Assembly (NCBI GenBank): GCA_043228905.1
Contig: JBHGNT010001085.1
Span: forward strand, 1-12,229
From: Azolla caroliniana
Taxonomy: Eukaryota > Plantae > Polypodiophyta
Direction: 5' to 3'
Length of the DNA stretch: 12,229 nt
The notes beneath the pieces are model-generated. The model was not told where the DNA came from. It searched no databases and saw only the letters and a list, made by a program, of their open reading frames with translations. This document shows positions 9,089-12,229 of this stretch, in pieces. The stretch's first letter is position 1, and each line of letters starts with the position of its first letter. A program made the translations under genes and the position numbers.

Positions 9089-9148
9089 TTCCAGATTTCT
9101 CTGGAACATTCTAAAAACTTCAGGAGTACTCTTGAGAACACTATAAAA
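9089..9148 (+). promoter_or_regulatory. Heat-shock-element-like array plus TATA box
   Basis: TTCcaGATttCTCtgGAAcaTTCtaAAAacTTCagGAGtaCTCttGAG in 5-bp alternating register, then TATAAAA at 9142-9148. Confidence 0.6.
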
Positions 9149-9264
9149 GGAGGCACAAGGAATTATTTTGAACCAAATTGGTTCAACGCCAGTCTTAAGC
9201 CTCCTAGCCTTCCTTGTATATTCTTCGCACATAATATATCTCTATCATCACTCTCTCTCTCTCT

Positions 9265-9698
9265 CATCCATACATGTTAGAGCCCATACTGTTATCTGCC
9301 ATTCGAACCATTGCTTCCATGCGACTTAGCTCACATGCATTGCGATGTGAAACAGGGCGTTGGGGTACAAGTGATGAGAGTGGTCGGCTATGCACACTTT
9401 GCCCTAAACAAGTTCGCGAGTCTGAGTATCACACTTTGATACAATGCTCTGCCTTTGATCATATTTGACCATGCTTTCCACATCTCTTCGATCGAGCCCA
9501 ATCTTTGCATGAATTCCTCTCACAACCACAATGTGCACTCTCGATTGCAACATTCATTGGTAAAGTTCTTGAGCATCGAGAGTCACTACTCACTTTCACA
9601 CGTATCACATGAAATGTAATATTTTTGGTCTCATAGGTCATATTTAACCTCCGAAGACGATAATATAATCTATTTATCTATCTATCTATCTATCTATC
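9265..9698 (+). mobile_element. 5'-truncated LINE fragment (LINE-B; ORF2 C-terminus, stem-loop, (TCTA)n tail)
   Basis: IASMRLSSHALRCETGRWG...RLCTLCPKQVRESEYHTLIQCSAF, premature TGA at 9466, natural stop at 9610-9612, (TCTA)n tail 9669-9698; inserted in a CT tract. Boundaries approximate. Confidence 0.85.
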
Positions 9699-9798
9699 TC
9701 TCCTTCACTCGAGTGTTCTACACCCTCAATTCTTCTTAGTACTAATATTTCTCTCTTAGTACTAATTTCGTTTCTGTCTCAGTACTAATCTTGACAGT

Positions 9799-9810
9799 TT
9801 GAACCGATTT
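9799..9810 (+). promoter_or_regulatory. Putative self-priming site (tRNA-independent PBS)
   Basis: TTGAACCGATTT lies 2 nt after LTR-CA and is complementary to AAATTGGTTCAA at 9175-9186, 33 nt downstream of the TATA start. Confidence 0.7.
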
Positions 9811-9910
9811 TTCTTCTGTCTCCTCCTTTTATCTTCTTACGTTCTTCCTTTTAACTTCTTACATCTCCCTCCCTTCATACTAATCTCTTATTCCTCTTTC
9901 CTCTCATCCT

Positions 9911-12065
9911 ATGGCCATTGTTAGCGCTCAAGAATATCAATCTGTTTTCTCGGAGTTGCAATGCTTGAAAGAGAAGTTCCTTGCTTTGGAACAAGAAAAT
10001 CAACAGTTGTTGGGGGATCTTCAACAAATCTCCTTAGAAAAGCAGCAAATGCAACAACAACATGGGTAACTTGCATTATGCGTGCAACAACTCAAAGCAA
10101 CCATCGTAGCGATGCAACAACAAGGACCCGGAACACAAGGGATTCATAAAGAACCCAAGATCGACCTTCCCTTGAAATTCGATGGAACGCGATCACAGTT
10201 TAGAGGGTTCCTTAATCAGGTACGATTAGTTATTCAAATGCATCCTTCCTAATATCCCACCGATGCATCACGAGTGGGTTTAGTAGGCACGTTTTTAAGT
10301 GGCTCAATGTTGACATGGTTCGCTCCGTTGTTAGAAAAGGAATCTCCATTACTAAACAATTTTGAGGAGTTTATAAGTGAGTTTAAAGCCTGTTTTGGAG
10401 ATACTAACAACATAAGGACAACAATCAACAAAATCCGACGACTACGTCAAGGCAATCTTCCAACCTCCGCATATGCTGCAGATTTCCATCTACTCGCCTC
10501 CAATATCCCCTAGGATGATCAAGCATTAACGGAGCAATTTCGTTATGGTCTACGCAACGATGTCAAGGATTTACTATTGACCATCCCCGAAGAACCAAAG
10601 TCATTAACAGAAGCAATCAACCACACGGTGAGATGCGACAACCGCCTTTTCGAACGACGTTCGGAACGTCAGTTCCAGGTGCCAAGGGCAAGATCAGAGC
10701 CCACCTATGCCTTAGTGGTAGCGAAACCTTTTCCGAGGGAGTCATATAATGCGTCTCTAGTAAGTACTCCAACTCCAATGGAAATTGACACTATACGTCG
10801 TCGTGGACCGTTATCGGAAGAAGAAAAGAAGCGATGTCGAGCAAACTGACTATGTCTTTATTGCAGTGGACCAAGGCATATTGCAATAACCTGTCCCCAT
10901 AGACCAAGAAGACAGGTAAACCAAATAGTTGCTAGTTCTGATTGTACTAAACCCGAGTCTATTTTGGCTGGACTTAGTCGTTTAACTCTTCTTCTAGCTT
11001 ACTACGAACATCAAATTTGTTTGATAAATTTGGGCTATGAGTACTATTAGGACTATCAAATATTCCTACTATTTGGACTATTAGTACTATTTGTTTGGTT
11101 GGACAGCCCTAGATCTGTGCAGCCCATTGGTGGTTCCATTCCCTCTAAGGAAGTTAGCAATGTGTTCGTAGCCCAAGTAACAGTTAGTACTAAAAGTACC
11201 CCTCCAGTACATGTCTTAGCACTTCTAGATTCTAGAGCTAATTCTTGCTTCATGGATAGGAATTTTGCCCAAGCTCATGAGATATCTCTCAGAAAACTCA
11301 CATGTCCAGCCTCTGTAGTAGTCATTGATGGTCATCCCATTGCTTCCGGAAATATGATAGACGAGTCATAGCCCGTTAATATTGTCCTAGATAATCTAGC
11401 ATGTGTAGTATCATTTAATATAATTAGTAACCTAGAACATCCCATTGTTTTAGGATTACCATGGTTCGAATTACATAACCCAGACATAGATTGGAGAACA
11501 AGAGAAATCCGGTATCGAGAAGCCTGAGGATCTACTCATAAGATTGCAACCATTTCGCTAGATCAGTTGCGGGAAGAAGGACGCAAGGAAGAAATGTTTC
11601 TCTTCACAATATCAGTAAAACCCTCTAACACGACTAAAGAGGAGTCCACCGTTCAGCTTCCAAAGAAGTATCATCATTATGCCGATGTGTTCGATAAAGT
11701 ACAAGCCAATACGCTCCCTCACCATCGATCGTATGATTGCCCCATCGATTTACAACTGGGAAAAGAACCACCATGGGGACCGATCTACAATTTGTCACCA
11801 ACCGAGCTGGAAGTCCTTCGAGCCTATATAGAGGAGAATTTGGCAAATGGTTTCATTCGACATTCGAAATCTCCAACCGGCGCACCCATTTTCTTCGTCA
11901 AGAAAAAGGATGGATCACTTCGTCTTGTGGTAGATTACCATGGCTTGAATAAGGTAACCATCATGAATAGGTATGCACTTCCCCTTATCTCAAGTCATTG
12001 AGAACAGATCAATGGTGCAAGGTTCTTCACAAAGATCAACTTACAAGGAGCATATAACCTCGTAC
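9911..12065 (+). pseudogene. Disrupted gypsy gag-pol (coiled-coil N-terminus, capsid, CCHC, protease, RT N-terminus)
   Basis: EPKIDLPLKFDGTRSQFRGFLNQV, LRQGNLPTSAYAADF, PTPMEID, CLYCSGPRHIAITC, ALLDSRANSCF (protease), [30 protein letters not shown]...FTKINLQGAYNLVR (RT). All pieces fall in the same frame, broken by stops. Confidence 0.93.
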
Positions 12066-12229
12066 GAGGCATAAGACTGGCGTTGAATTGATTTGGTTCG
12101 AAATAATGCCTTGTGCCTCCTTTTAGAGTGTTCTCAAGAGTACTCCTAAAGTTTCTAGAATGTTCTAGAGAAATCTGGAATATACATCAATTTTCTATAA
12201 TAAAACTTAAATGAACATAATATCTTTCG
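12066..12229 (-). repeat. Inverted partial copy of the gypsy LTR
   Basis: Reverse complement of 9040-9203, ungapped, 14 mismatches in 164 nt by manual count; runs to the window edge. Confidence 0.95.

Larger units (their letters stand above)
9033..9796 (+). repeat. 5' LTR of the gypsy element, interrupted by LINE-B
   Basis: Begins TGTAATAC, has TATAAAA at 9142, and ends CTTGACA just before the putative priming site. The boundaries are inferred because no direct-orientation partner is in the window. Confidence 0.7.
9033..12065 (+). mobile_element. Ty3/gypsy LTR retrotransposon, Tf1/sushi/Tcn1-like, 3'-truncated within RT
   Basis: LTR followed by gag-PR-RT in gypsy order; the gag resembles the PEG10/sushi type. 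Confidence 0.9.

Noticed and set aside
9033-12229. DIRS element or Pack-MULE with true TIRs
   Set aside because: It encodes an aspartic protease and gypsy-type RT with no tyrosine recombinase or transposase; the repeat is the element's own LTR (TG start, TATA, priming site).

Overview
Eukaryotic heterochromatin-like window made almost entirely of nested, decayed retroelements; no host gene is visible. The host is most likely a land plant, possibly a non-seed plant (inferred from the element types). From left to right: (1) a minus-strand Ty1/copia element (5' LTR 1743-2175, tRNA-iMet PBS, broken gag-PR-integrase) inserted into (2) a plus-strand copia that lacks most of its RT through an internal deletion; (3) a minus-strand 5'-truncated LINE (RTE-X-like ORF2 end, stem-loop, (CTTT)n tail) that, once an intervening insertion is removed, sits directly behind a tRNA-like Pol III head (8964-9032); (4) that insertion, a 3.1-kb non-coding LTR element (5828-8958) with a tRNA-Arg-type PBS, a hairpin where the PPT should be, and a near-perfect 340-bp tandem duplication; (5) a Tf1/sushi/Tcn1-like Ty3/gypsy element whose LTR has a heat-shock-element array, an apparent self-priming site and a second LINE fragment inserted in it, and whose RT is cut off by an inverted partial copy of its own LTR. 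All family assignments come from motif recognition by eye; no searches were run.
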